Source of the DNA: Klebsormidium nitens | Taxonomy: Eukaryota > Plantae > Klebsormidiophyceae | Length of the DNA: 64,000 bases | Direction of reading: 5' to 3' | NCBI GenBank assembly: GCA_000708835.1 | Contig: DF237227.1 | Coordinates: forward strand, 1 to 64,000 | In this document: one piece after another, positions 1 through 12,200 of the stretch | Position numbering within the stretch: position 1 is the stretch's first letter | Layout: each line of letters begins with the position of its first letter | The notes under the pieces: generated by a model | The model's input: the letters and a program-made list of their open reading frames with translations, nothing else | The model's database searches: none | Told to the model about the DNA's origin: nothing | Program-made: the position numbers and the translations under genes

Positions 1-1293
1 AACAAGGAACCTCGTCGCCTGAGAGGTGAGAGATGAAACTGCCGCGCCATCGGCATGATAGCGCTCCTGACTGTCTGAAGGCTGGGCGCTTGATGTGGAG
101 GGGTCTTCCTGCAGACAAGAGGATTTGAAATGAGCCACTGCAATCAAGCATAAGCAACCTTAGCCGTGGCGACTAACCGACAGTGGAACATCAAAGAGAC
201 GCTAACGAAATTTGTGTTAGCTTCCACAAGGATTTTACCAAAACTTGAGCCACTACCAATCAAGCATAAGCTAACAAGTCAGATAATCGCAGAAGGTAGT
301 GCCCAAAGGGCACAATCCTCATGTGTTCTTGATCATATTGGACTTGCTGGCTACAAAACAGTGTAAAAAGCTCTTGATTTAGTCAACTGCAATCAGTTTC
401 TTGTGCATTTGAGAGAAAAGTCGACTATTGAGCTGCTCTTTTGTACAGTTGTTAGGTGGTGGAAGCTTGACACCTCTGGCACCTTTTATATATACTTGTA
501 AAGTATATGTACTACACAATTGCACTGCACAACTTTTGCAGCATGGCACCTTGGACACCTTGGACACCTCATTTTCAATCAGGAATTTACCTTCACAAAA
601 AACCTGAACGAAGTAAAAACAAGAGGTGGTGGTGTCCAGGGTGCCATCCAAAAATGATACCATCATCAGGGCGCGTCAGGTTTCTTAAGGGTCAAAGCCA
701 CACCAGAACCTCACTGCACATTGAATGACTCACGTTTGCGCTTGACGTCAACTTGCGCTTGACGTCCGCTCCAGCAGTATTTCCCCTGTTGAGCGCGCTC
801 TCTGCAGCGGATTTGGCTACCTTGCCTGTAACTGACTGTCTGTTAAGGCATCCTGCACTGCCAGATTCTCTATGTAAGCGCCTGTAAGCTCTTTGACCTG
901 CTTCCAGGGAGTCCCCTTCGATTCGCACTTGAACTACGTCTCACTGGTTGCCTGCTTTTGCTGAACTGTAACTGAGGTCTCACTCAGATGAACAAGGCCA
1001 ACCCAGCGTTGTACGCAAGAAAGACACAGAGGCTGCGCTCGCTGTTTGCTTTTGACAGCTGTCGAGATGGCAAAGCCAAGCAGAGACTGGTGAGACTTGC
1101 GGAAACTGATCTTGTGTGTCAGGTCTTGCGCGCTTTTGATAAGGAGGGGCTGCTTGCATAAAACGCACTTGCTAGCTAAAGGCGGTTTGCTAAACAGTAG
1201 GGTTGGATCAACAATGTACCGACCAGTATGCAGACTCTTCTGGTCCTCGAGCCTTAGGTTGAGAGCTGTGGGAACCCTCTGCTGAGATGACAT
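1..1293 (-). CDS. Partial spliced gene of unknown function, continuing off the left edge
   Basis: ATG at 1293 (MSSQQRVPTAL...). Frame-compatible GT-AG model: 1293-984, 897-734, 108-<1 (EDPSTSSAQPSDSQERY...). Two CxxC pairs (CVLC, CLSC) in exon 1. No family recognised; the acceptor at 897 is weak. Confidence 0.4.
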
Positions 1294-1909
1294 GGTCCCT
1301 GGTGCATCGCATTGGCTCGGGTTGCAGTTGCCGACTACCACTCGGATCTGAAGTGAAGAGAAGAGGCTCGAAGTATGAAGAACCGATCCAAGTTTTATGG
1401 GAATTTATACCTCACTTCTCGGAACCATGATGCACAGTATTTCCCTAGACTGCTCGACTGCTGCCTGCTATTCAGCTATACCACGTAGTTTATTTCTATT
1501 TCGGTTTTAAAGCGTGCAACGTGGGTCGTTTCCGAGCGGTTTGACGAGCGGTTATATCACATGGGTGCCCGGCCGGAGTAAAAGTTTCCCTGGTTTTCGG
1601 ACTCGCTGCCCGTCTCGACCTGAGGGGCGCCGTGCATGAATTCCTCTGCGGCACAACCTTCATAAATTACGTCAAAGTGCCGGAACTCTAGCCTTTAGCG
1701 CGCGAAAACCGTCCGATCTGGCAGGGGATTCTGCGACGAATCTTGGCCGCTTATTTTATGCCAACCATCTGTTGGTGCCTCCTGACCAAGCTGTGACTCG
1801 GTGAGTCTGCGAGTCTGAGGGACTGCACAGTAGGTATTGAGTACCAGAGGTACAAACTTCGAAAAGTTGTATCGTCGGCGATGTTTCCGGACACGTTTGT
1901 CGCATACAC

Positions 1910-2125
1910 CAGCGTTCGACACGGAGTTTTTATTTTGTCGGCTGGGAGCCGACAGTTTCCCGGTCAGTCAGCTGGACCTCTGAACCGGTCGGCTTGTGTC
2001 TGCCGAACACCTGAAATACACCTCGATTCTGTCGGCTTTTCGGCCGACGCCCCTCGGTCGAGTCGGCCGAGTGGCAATCCCGTCGGCTGACGTTTTCCTG
2101 GTGCGTCGGCTCGTGTCGAACACTG
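1910..2125. mobile_element. hAT-type MITE, 216 bp
   Basis: TIRs CAGCGTTCGACACG (1910-1923) and CGTGTCGAACACTG (2112-2125), 13/14 complementary. Perfect 8-bp flanking direct repeat GCATACAC (1902-1909, 2126-2133). Eight internal GTCGGC/GCCGAC hexamers. 8-bp TSD and CAG termini are hAT hallmarks. Confidence 0.85.
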
Positions 2126-3838
2126 GCATACACCATATCTTGTCGCGTTTCACAGCCAGCTATGGCTGGTACCCTCAAAGATTTTGCAGCCCCAGTTTGG
2201 CTAGTAGGGTAACCAGGGACTGAATTCCCGATCCTAGACCGACGGTTTCCCAGCTTTCTAGTTACAGAAACCGGAGAAACGAGGGCTTGGGTACATTCCC
2301 AATACGAGGGCGCAGCTGAGTCACCAAATCTAGATTTGGGCAATCACAGCTCTTCATTTTGCCACGTGGTCACCGCCTGTAACTAAGATTCACCTTGCGC
2401 GCGCAGGGCGCGCCGCGCGAGCATAGGTATTGCGTCGACAAGGCACGCAACCAAGGATCTAGATGTCGCTACGTGTCTCGCGATGAGAGGCAGGTTGCGT
2501 CACAGTCACTCACCTGTCGCTGACCATGGCGACCGGTCAATAGGATATGTGATGGCCCGGGCTGGCGGGCCATGGCTGCCGCCGCGGCGTCGCCCCAGCG
2601 TTGGTAGGTAGTAGGTACAGGCCGCTGCGGCGCTGCCGTCCATAATACCTAGTACGGTATTAGGCCACGCTGCCACAGCCACAATCTCACGGATGTGGCC
2701 ACTCTTTCGAACGCCTGCCGCCCTACTGCCATTTGAAAGGGAGGTGCAGTTTCTGTATCATTCTCCGAGTCAGAACTGACAGAAGGTTCTGGCTTTAGTC
2801 TTGCATCGCCATTGGAGTTGGCGATAGACGTGATTGAGTCTTTCAAAGCGCCAGTGCGGGCGCACATACTTAGTCTGGTCCCGTTGGCCACTGTAGAGGG
2901 CACGGCGCGTGTAAGTTGTCTTCTGGGGCAAGCATCGATCCGTCAGGTAAGAAGAAAAGCACGTTTGTCCAAGAAAGCTTGTATCTACTGGTGATTGTTG
3001 TGTTGCCTTCAAGTTGAGATCTGAGGTTGGGATCGGATGCAAGCATACTGCATCCAAGGTGTTTTCTGACGCTCACATCACTTCCATCAGTACGTTCTTT
3101 CTGGCGAAACTTTCTGCTTGACAGTTTTCCTTCCATCTTGGTTCTTTTTCTTGTCAGGGTTCTGACACTCATCTACATCCTTTCTCCCCCATCGCTCTTA
3201 TAATCCTCTCGTATACCAAGTGTGAGGGACCTTGGTATGTGTTCAGCAACCAGCCCTCAAAGCACCGGTCCTGGACGGGCATTCAACAATTTCCCCTAGT
3301 TCTGGGGTGTTAATCAGAAAGTAGGTATGTAGAAAGGAGGAAGAAACCCCAGGATTCTGTCCATTGCTGTGGACTGCACATACATATCTCACCTGCTTTA
3401 CATGCCTTGAGTGAGTTTCTATTCACATCTAGTTGTTATCTTGGAGGATTGGTCTTCCATCTATTTGAAGGACATATCTGGCTGTACACTTGGCTCCAGA
3501 CGCAGGATGATCTGACGACATTTCCAAGGATTAGACTGGATGGGGACTGCCATGGGCCCTCCTTTCTTCCGGCACAGGATGATCTACAGTTTTTGAAAAG
3601 CATCGGATCAGACCGAAGAGCCGTGGTCTACTCTAATCTTGACTTTCATCACCAACCTGAGAGATCATGGATAGTATGATACATCACCAAGTTGAGAAAT
3701 AGTGGATAGTTTAATAAAGAAGTAATAGCACCATGCGGTGGACAAATGTGAAGGACTACCGGAAAAACACATGATTCAAGTTCCCTTGCCGACATGAGAA
3801 GCCGTGACTCAGTTCATTGTCCATTTCTTTCCAACAGA

Positions 3839-6800
3839 ATGGCGCCAGCCTTGGTGGCCATGCCAAGCTCGGTGCCCAGCGCCCCAGTCATTCTGCTCGA
3901 GAAGACCGCGGCGCCTCAGGCAGCCGAGTTCATCAATGATTGGGCAGAGAACACCGAGATCTTTGAGTATGCAAGGTGCGTCGCTCGTTCGTATTAGAGT
4001 GGTCTGAATTCTGGCTGCTGAGCACATAGTAATGGAGGCTCGTATGGCACGTTGGAGCCGGGAAAGCGTCCCATTTTTGATTCCTATAGCACAGATGGCC
4101 TTACAATCCTGGGCAGAGCAGAATAGGTCGTATGGAACTTGTTTACTGCCTGAAACAGGTATTGCTTTGCAGGACAGCAGCAAGTACCGTCTGCAGCCTT
4201 ACAGACTTTGTTTTGGTTGTGCACGATTCTTCCACAAGCCATTCAACGAATTTCCCACTTCCTCCGGACAGCTCGGGGAGTAGAATGGCTTAAAGGCTAT
4301 ATCAGCCCCTTTTATCATCCTGCGGCAGTGCTATACCTGCCAAAACTCAGGCTCATATCAGTTGCTCAAGTTCGATACTTGAGAATGCAGGGGCAGTATT
4401 ATTGCTCAAGCTTGATACTCGGAAGGGAGGAGGCAGTTCACTGCTCTCTGTACACTTTCAGTCTGTGTCGGAAACTTTTCTTTCTTCCTTCTGCAGTGCT
4501 GCCAACCCCGTTCTGAAGCCAGTCCCAGTCATGGGCCTGCAAGCCAAGGAACACACAAGCGGCCCGTCTCGCGTTGTGACCCTGGACCTTAGCAAGCAGC
4601 TGGGGATTGAGGAGTATGCGGCCACGTCTCCAAATCTGCTCGCAAGCTTTGTGAGGGTGTGCACTGGGGAGACACTGGAGACCACGTCCTCGTCAACATC
4701 GCAGGTGCGTGCAGCTCAATCGGATTGTGTGACGTCCAAAGATGTTTGATGATTGACACAGAGAGCTGGTCTGTGGTGAGACCTACTGGCACTCTGGTCT
4801 ATTGGCACTTTCATCTGAAGTCATTGGATTGAGGGTTGTAATTGAAAGTTCCAGTGTCGCCAGTTTTCAGTTGATTCTGCAGTCTGTTGCTGTGCGACTT
4901 TGGTCAAGGAAGCAAAGCCTTTAGCTCAGCTGCAGAAGCGCTTGATTCATATTGAACGCGCCAAGTGAGACCGCTTTGCTTAAAGTAAGGGTCGTAACGG
5001 TGGCACTGTGCAGTGGGCAGGGTAGCCAGATGGCAAGAGAGCGGAGTGCGAGTGAACTGCTGAGGGAAGCTGCTTGCGACTCGGTGCTGAATTGAGATGT
5101 TCCAAGTTCGTCCTGTTTTGCTGTTTGACGCGCGCCGCCACTCAGTGGGGAGGGGAAGCGATTCATGGAACGTTGAAAGTTGTTACGGGGGTTCCTTGAG
5201 TCTCAAATGTAGCAATCTTGACGATTACAAGGGTGTCCCTGTATGGAGCGTGCTGACCTTCTTCGTTGGTCGTTGTTGAGCTCGTCTCTTTGAACAATCG
5301 TTTCTCTTTCTACATTGTTTTTTCTCGAGAGAATCTTCTTCTCATACCAATTAGCGATGTCACTGAGTGCGGTTTGCAGTAGTGAATCTCAAAAACGTCT
5401 TTGCACCTTCCCACGTTGTTTCGCCTTGTTCCCTTCTCATTGCACTTCCCTTTGCAGGCCTTCTACGTCATCCACGGAAAGGGCTACTCTTCCACGCCCG
5501 CCGGAAAGGTCTCCTGGAGCGCCGGAGACCTTTTCGTTATCCCAGCAGGGGGCCGTGGCCAGTGCTCTCACACGTGTATTGAGGACGAGAGCGGGGGGGC
5601 GGGTCTGTACTGGGTGAACGACGCGCCGCTGCTGTCGTACCTGGGGGTGGAGCCACGGGTGGCGCGGTTCGAGCCGGCTTACTTCAGGTGGGTAGCTGCA
5701 GCGCGCGACTGTGTATTTGACTTTCTGGAGGATTGAGGTGGTACTCTTTTCACCACCTGAAACGTACCATTGGACCGGGGTGTTGGATGTGTTATGTAGA
5801 GAAGTGTTCTGTCCTGCCAAGGGCACATCCGACCAACTTTTCATCTTACTTCTGGTTTTTTGAGCAAGGAGAAGCTGGTTCATGACAAGGAGGAGCTGCT
5901 AATACCAGGCCAAGTCCGCCAGGACACCAAATCGAGTTTGCACTATCTTTTGAGCTTCAATTTGTTTATCTTTGAGGGCGATCGATAACCGACTACCACA
6001 TCGGCTTTCATTTAGGGTGGGATGAGAGCTGCTTTCGACTGAAGATCGCACCGCCGCAGAGCTTGGCCCGGCACAACACAGGAGTCACTCGGAACAAGAA
6101 TCTTGGGGGGTGTCCGGTTCTTGTCTTCGTCTAACAAACACCTTGAGAAAGGCACGACCAGCGAGCATTCGTAGCGAACCTTTTAGTCACGACGATCTCC
6201 TTTTTGCAGCAAGGAGAAGCTGCTGTCCGCTGTGGAGCGTGTGCGCCACGAGCCGGGCGCCGCGCACCGCAACCGGCTGGGCATTTTGCTCGGCAACGCC
6301 AAGACGGCCGACACCAAGACGCTGACGCACACGCTGTGGAGCCTGCTCAACGTGCTGCCGGCCGGGGACTGGCAGCGGCCGCACCGCCACAACAGCGTTG
6401 CGCTCGACCTGGCAGTGCACGCGGCACCAGGTGAGACTGCTTTTGCTTTTGCAGTTCGTTCTGTTGCGTTTCATTATTTTTTTCTGATTTTGACATTGGT
6501 TGAGCAACGCTTCGGCAGTAAAGTCTCTTCGTCAGATCTCGTCCCGTTTCGACGTCTCATTGCACGGCGGCACCGCCAGAAGAGCGTCGCAGAATACCTT
6601 GCAGTGCACGCGACACCATGGGAAAACAATTGTTTTGTCGTTCTAGACACCGTTTCTGTTTGTTACTTTACTTTGCGGCACTGCCGGCCGCAATCCTTAA
6701 CAGAGTCGTGCTTGGAGCCCTGGAGGTACGTTCACATCCAGTTGCTCGAGCTGAACGTGGACGGCAAAGATCGCGGACCTGTTTTGATGCACATGGGTTA

Positions 6801-7979
6801 CGCACACGTTATCCTGATATCTGAGGTTCGCACTTCTCAAATCGCTCTTTAACTCTCGGTTTGCAGGCGCGTATATGTTTACGGGCCCCGATTTGGGCCT
6901 CTCTCACAAACAAACTCGTCGTCTAACCGGACCTGAATTGCACTTCCGCAGGCGCTTACACGCTCATGGGCCCCGAGCTGGACGAGACTGGCAAGATCGT
7001 TAACCCGGTCCGGTGCGAGTGGGTTACGGGCAGCATGTTCGTGACCCCCCCCGGTTGGTGGCACAGCCACCACAACGAATCCCCCGAGGAGGCCTGGGTG
7101 CTGCCCATGCAGGACGCCGGACTGTACACGCACCAGCGAACACTGGGTTAGTCTTAACGCCTTTTTGTTGTCAGCGTTTTGTCGTCCGTGCTTTGCGAGT
7201 TGTTTGGTGCGTGCGCGAGGCGCCAACTCGCATCGTCGGTCGCGGTCAAACGACCCCGTTTTCTGAGCAACCTGCCAAGAGTTAGTCGTCTATCGAAGGA
7301 TTCAGTTTGCGGGGGGCTGTACACCCACCAGCGGACGCTAAGTGAGTTCCAATTCGCTTCAGAGGGGATTTATTACGATTGAGAAACCCGGATTCCGTAG
7401 CTCCCAAGGCAGCGAGGAGCCGCTCGGCTCCGTCAGCCCCAGCAAATCGTTACGGCGCTCTTTTCCAGTGACCTGCCAATCTCCGTTTCGAAGCGAAGTG
7501 ACTCACAGTAATATATCCACAAAATTAGTAGAAGACAGAACGACTCACAGTAATATATCCACAAAATCTGGTAGGATAGGTTGTGTATACTCTGGTAATA
7601 ATTACTAATTTGGAAGGGAGCCGGGAGAAAGGTCGGCTGATTTGTACAAGCTCTCTGTCTTTGACGGTCAGGGTCGAGTAGAGGAGCGCTTTCTGTTTGA
7701 GGTCCCTCACAATCATACGGAGAGACGCCGGCGCTTCGTGACTTGTCCTGACTCAGGAGGAGGCATACGTTGAGGTGTGCGAGACGTCTGCACCATGAGC
7801 GTCGTTTTCGCGCAGCTATTGTAGATATCTCGGCAGTCTCCTGACTTGGGAGCAAAAGAGCATGTTGAGGCGATTGTGAGGTTCTAGAAGCCTAGCGCTG
7901 ACATTGATGCCCCTTTTCCACAGATATTCGTTTCGTCGAAGACGAGGTACGAAGGCTGAAGGAGATGAGGATCAAGTGA
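3839..7979 (+). CDS. Bicupin protein, gentisate 1,2-dioxygenase-like fold
   Basis: Exons 3839-3975, 4497-4704, 5458-5687, 6210-6430, 6952-7146, 7924-7979 splice in frame. Motifs FEYASAANP, ATSPNLLASFVR, FYVIHGKG...GDLFVIP, PHRHNSVALDL, FVTPPGWWHSHHN, QDAGLYTHQRTLDIRF. The His-rich metal motifs are in the C-terminal cupin. Substrate unknown. Confidence 0.85.
7500..7567. repeat. Perfect 26-bp direct repeat, two copies, in the last cupin intron
   Basis: GACTCACAGTAATATATCCACAAAAT at 7500-7525 and 7542-7567. Confidence 0.9.
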
Positions 7980-9270
7980 GGAGACTGCGTCAGCGTTGGC
8001 CTCGAAACGGGGAGCTTCCCACAAGAGCCGCGTGATCACATCTCTGGTCTTCAGGCCATATAGTTGTCAAAGCGATGATCACTTAGCATACATGGTGATT
8101 GCATTGTCTGGGGGTTTCGAATAAAGAGCAGGTCATCAATGGTTTTAGTATCAACGAAGATTCCAGCTGCTAATATACTGGGAAGATTCAGCGATATATT
8201 GAGGGACACCCTCATATTTTGCGCGCATTGCGCAACGTGGTTGTGTACAAGGTGATCAGTAGACTGCACGCACATTGCGTTCGATAAACGTGTACAGATT
8301 CATTTAATCATAGACACTCACAGACAATAAACGTTGATGCAGACAATTTGATCAAAGACGGTCTTCTAATCAGCTTCTTATACGCATGGGACTGACTATA
8401 CAGCAAACTTGAAAGCGCAAACAGATGCTTTTCGAAGATTTAATCAAGCATTCAGTGAGGGACTCGATTAGCGCAGATTTTTGATCGAGCCGTTGAATCG
8501 AGGCCCGCGACCATATCAAATGATGTAATTCAATTGCCCAATTGACGTGACTGTCCGACGCATAGTCCCATGGACGCAGGCCCGTTGATCGATCGATGAG
8601 GAGAACTTCGTGATATGTTTTCTGTAACGCTGCATCATTCTCATCACTATCACGATCATGTTAAACTTCACGAAGAACGTACGTGGCATGATTATTGCAT
8701 ATGGAATCGGATGGCTTTCGTCGCGTTTAATGTTTTGGTTAATTTGCAGGCAAACATCCAAATTAAGTCGATCATACTTCTATTATATCCAAGTATACGC
8801 ACGTTGATTAAGGGCACGGCCGCGGGACTCGCTGGCACTGATCGATTGCATCGCGCCATTCAGAAAATGGTTATTAGGCTCAAAAGTTGCCTGATTTATC
8901 ACTGCAGCCGACTATATAGCTGCTTCACAAAGACGCACCCTGGAGTGGCCTGTCTATCGATCCCGTCATCCAGAGTGGGGCCCGCCGTGGCAGCGCGTCT
9001 GGCAGCGCCCACTCCCTGGTGCTCAGGTTTGAAGCAATCAATCAAATTGACCTCCTTTCCAAATTACCGCATGCAGATGGACTAAGAAACTCACAACAGG
9101 TCTAAGATCCTATATATGCCCTCGAGACCCTAGCTAGGAACTTCGAAATGCTGAACCAAGCGCTAGACCCTCTAGCGATCCGCCCCTGATAAGTACTGGC
9201 AAAACCCCTTGACCCCTAAACCTAGTTAGTTCAATGATTGATTCATTCATCGATTCATCATATGAGCTGA

Positions 9271-12200
9271 TCAGGCTTCTTGGTCGACCAGGACCGCGAG
9301 CCCCGCTTTCATTTTCTTCTCCCTCTGTTTCTTGAGCCACTCCTCCCTGATGCGCTTGTTGGAGTCCAGCACGCTCCGCACCTCGCCCTTGTTCCGCTCC
9401 AAGATTTCTGCCAGCGGATCGGTCGTTCCGCCGGCCTGCGACCGCACGGGGCCGCGGAAGAAGCCGCGGGACGCGAAGAGCAGGAAGTTCTGCGCACGTA
9501 CAAATGCTCGTGGGTAAGTAAGGGACTTGATGTAGCAAGCCGTCTGTTCAATAGTGGCGACGGTAGTTATGAACGCAGTCCCGACGGAAGCGAAAGGGAG
9601 CCGGAAAATATGATGTCAAAACTTGTGGCAGAGAAATCTGTTCGCTAGAACGGGCGATGAGCGTACAAGTATAGTGACTCCAGTCCTTCTCATTGCCGCC
9701 TCGATTCAAGAGGAAGAGATCCGCAGGAAAGTTGCTCTGCCAAGCTTGTAAATGAACGAAGCGTCACTTTTGGTAAACGGCCGTGAAGCAATGGATGAAT
9801 TACCAGCTTCATTGCTTTCATTGCCGTTCGGTCTCGACAAATTGACAGGTACTCTGAAGGGTCAAAATTCTGTTGTCTCGAATGTCGTCTCACTCTTATA
9901 GCAGATGCGGGTTATGATTAATCCCAATCAGCGGCGACACGTCAGCCAGTCGTCACAAACGGAACAATCGGGAACAGCATCCCCATCCTTCAGTTGTTGT
10001 GCTAGATCCTTCATCAATCCCGGAGAAAGCATACACTGATTGACGAGCGCGTCGTCAGGAGACTCGCGGCGTTTGCAAAGGGGGAAGACCCGTATGCAGA
10101 GTCGCCGAAGAGCACGACGACCTAGTCAACCAAAGGGCGACAAATTTGGTGAGATCTGCTTTTAACTCGCCAAAAAAATACGACGACGTAGTCACGAAAA
10201 GGCGACAATCTGGGAAAAACGTGCTATGAAGTCGCCAAAAGGACACGACGGGACACCTGGGGAAGAGCCTGCTACGGACATTCGTTCAAACCTGGCCGCC
10301 TGACCCCAGACCGACTTGAGCCAGTCGCAGAACTTTTCTCGAACCGCAGAACTTGGGCCGTTCGATGGAGAGGCATGCGGGTCATAGCAGGGTACAAGTT
10401 CTGCGGATCGGGCGAAGTCTTGCATTCGGCTCAAACAGGACTCGCTGATCTTCTGACACACGTTGTAAAGCGCTGCCCCACCTTCCAGATTTCGCGGACG
10501 GCCATGCGGACGCGCGCGGACGTCGAGAAGGCGGCGCGGCTCTCGGACAGGTCCACGAGCGCGTGCCCCTCCGGGACGCGCAGAGCCGAGTAAACCTCGA
10601 GCGCGGCCGGCAGGCGCGCGCGCGCCTGCTCGCGCGTGGTCGCGGGCGCGTCGAGATCCTTCAGGGGCTCGAGCTTTGCCTGGTTGAGGGGTTGGTCTCA
10701 GTACGTTCCGCTTGGAAATCGAGATAAGACCGACATTGAAAGAGACTACCATTATGCAACCCAGACTCTCAGAGATGATCAGACTCGCCAGAGAAAGCGG
10801 AACTATTGAAGGCTACGCACTAATTGACAGCTGCGACTTACGTTCGCCTCCAGTTGACGAACTTAATTGAAACGAGGAGGCTGCGCCAACTTGGAATCGT
10901 GCTTGTCACGAGGTACAGGGACCTTACTACGTTGCCACTTTTCTATCGCTGAAGAATGATGAGTAACTACCAACCTACATCTGTAAGCTTAACGGGACTC
11001 TGAACCTAACAACACTGAATAACACTCATCTTCTCGAAGCAAATCCGCTTCTGAGATGTCAGGGCGTGCTTCCAATTTGAAAATGGATACAAAGAACGAA
11101 CTCAAGAAGGGTCGCAAAAGCGATCAACGGCCGAACAGCTTACCAGGCGGAGAGCGGTCTCGTCGTCCGCGTTAACGCCCGCGGCGCGCAGGAGGAGGTG
11201 CGCGAGCGTGGCTGCGTCCTCGAGCGCCACGTTGCAGCCCTGGCCGATGAACGGCGGCGTCGCGTGCGCCGCGTCGCCCAGCAGCGCGACCGCGGCCGCG
11301 GCGTCGTGGTAGCGACTGCACTTCACCTGGGAACAGCCCGCGCGCAGGTCAGTCTCGTTCTTCTGTCCCGTCGACTTTGTGTTCGCATTATGCGTTACGG
11401 TGCTTCCATTTAATCTTCCTCGTCCTTTCCTCGTCTACTTTTTCTTCTTCATATTTTCCTTAATCTTTGGTTCGAAGTGACGTCACCATATGATGATGGG
11501 TTTGGACAATCTGTACACGCCTTGAAGTCTTGTGCAGCTGCCCAGCAACCGCAAGTTGGCAACGGGGGTGGCATTCTGACACAAGCATCATCTCAAAAAA
11601 GAAACGGTATCATGAGCCGATGGAGCCAAAAGGAGGCCAATTGCCAGTGACCAATTGCGTACGCGTCCCCTTCTTGAACGATTTCCTGAATACGAGCTTC
11701 GAAGTAACCTTCGAGAAGTATTCGAAGTTCAAAAAGAGACTCAAATTTGTTCAAACCCGATTGGATGCAATCCGAGCCGGAATCTTGAAGAGCGTGCGGC
11801 TTACCACAGTCGTCAGGAAGGGCGTCTGAGCGCGCAGGTCCTCAACAGCTTCCTCCGAAACGTCCTTCATCCACGGGATCTGCGAGTCCAGGAACGCTTT
11901 CGCTTCCTTCGCGTCTTTGATGCTCAGCCACTCCTCGGGCGGACACGTGTCGGACCAGCCCATCGTGAGGCACAGCCGGTCCTTGGTGCCCGGGAAGAGG
12001 AACACCCCCAGGTTCCTGCGGATATGTATAGCAGGCTGTTAGCTTATGGTGGCTCAGCGGGTTATGCAACCAAAACGGCGATCGTTCCGCTGTCGCCAGA
12101 AACGAGTGAACAAAAAGTCAAAAACGTTTACGAAGTGTCCAGATCTGAACGTGTGGGTTCACAAGGAGGACGACAATTGGTTGTCTACATAGCACCGAGT

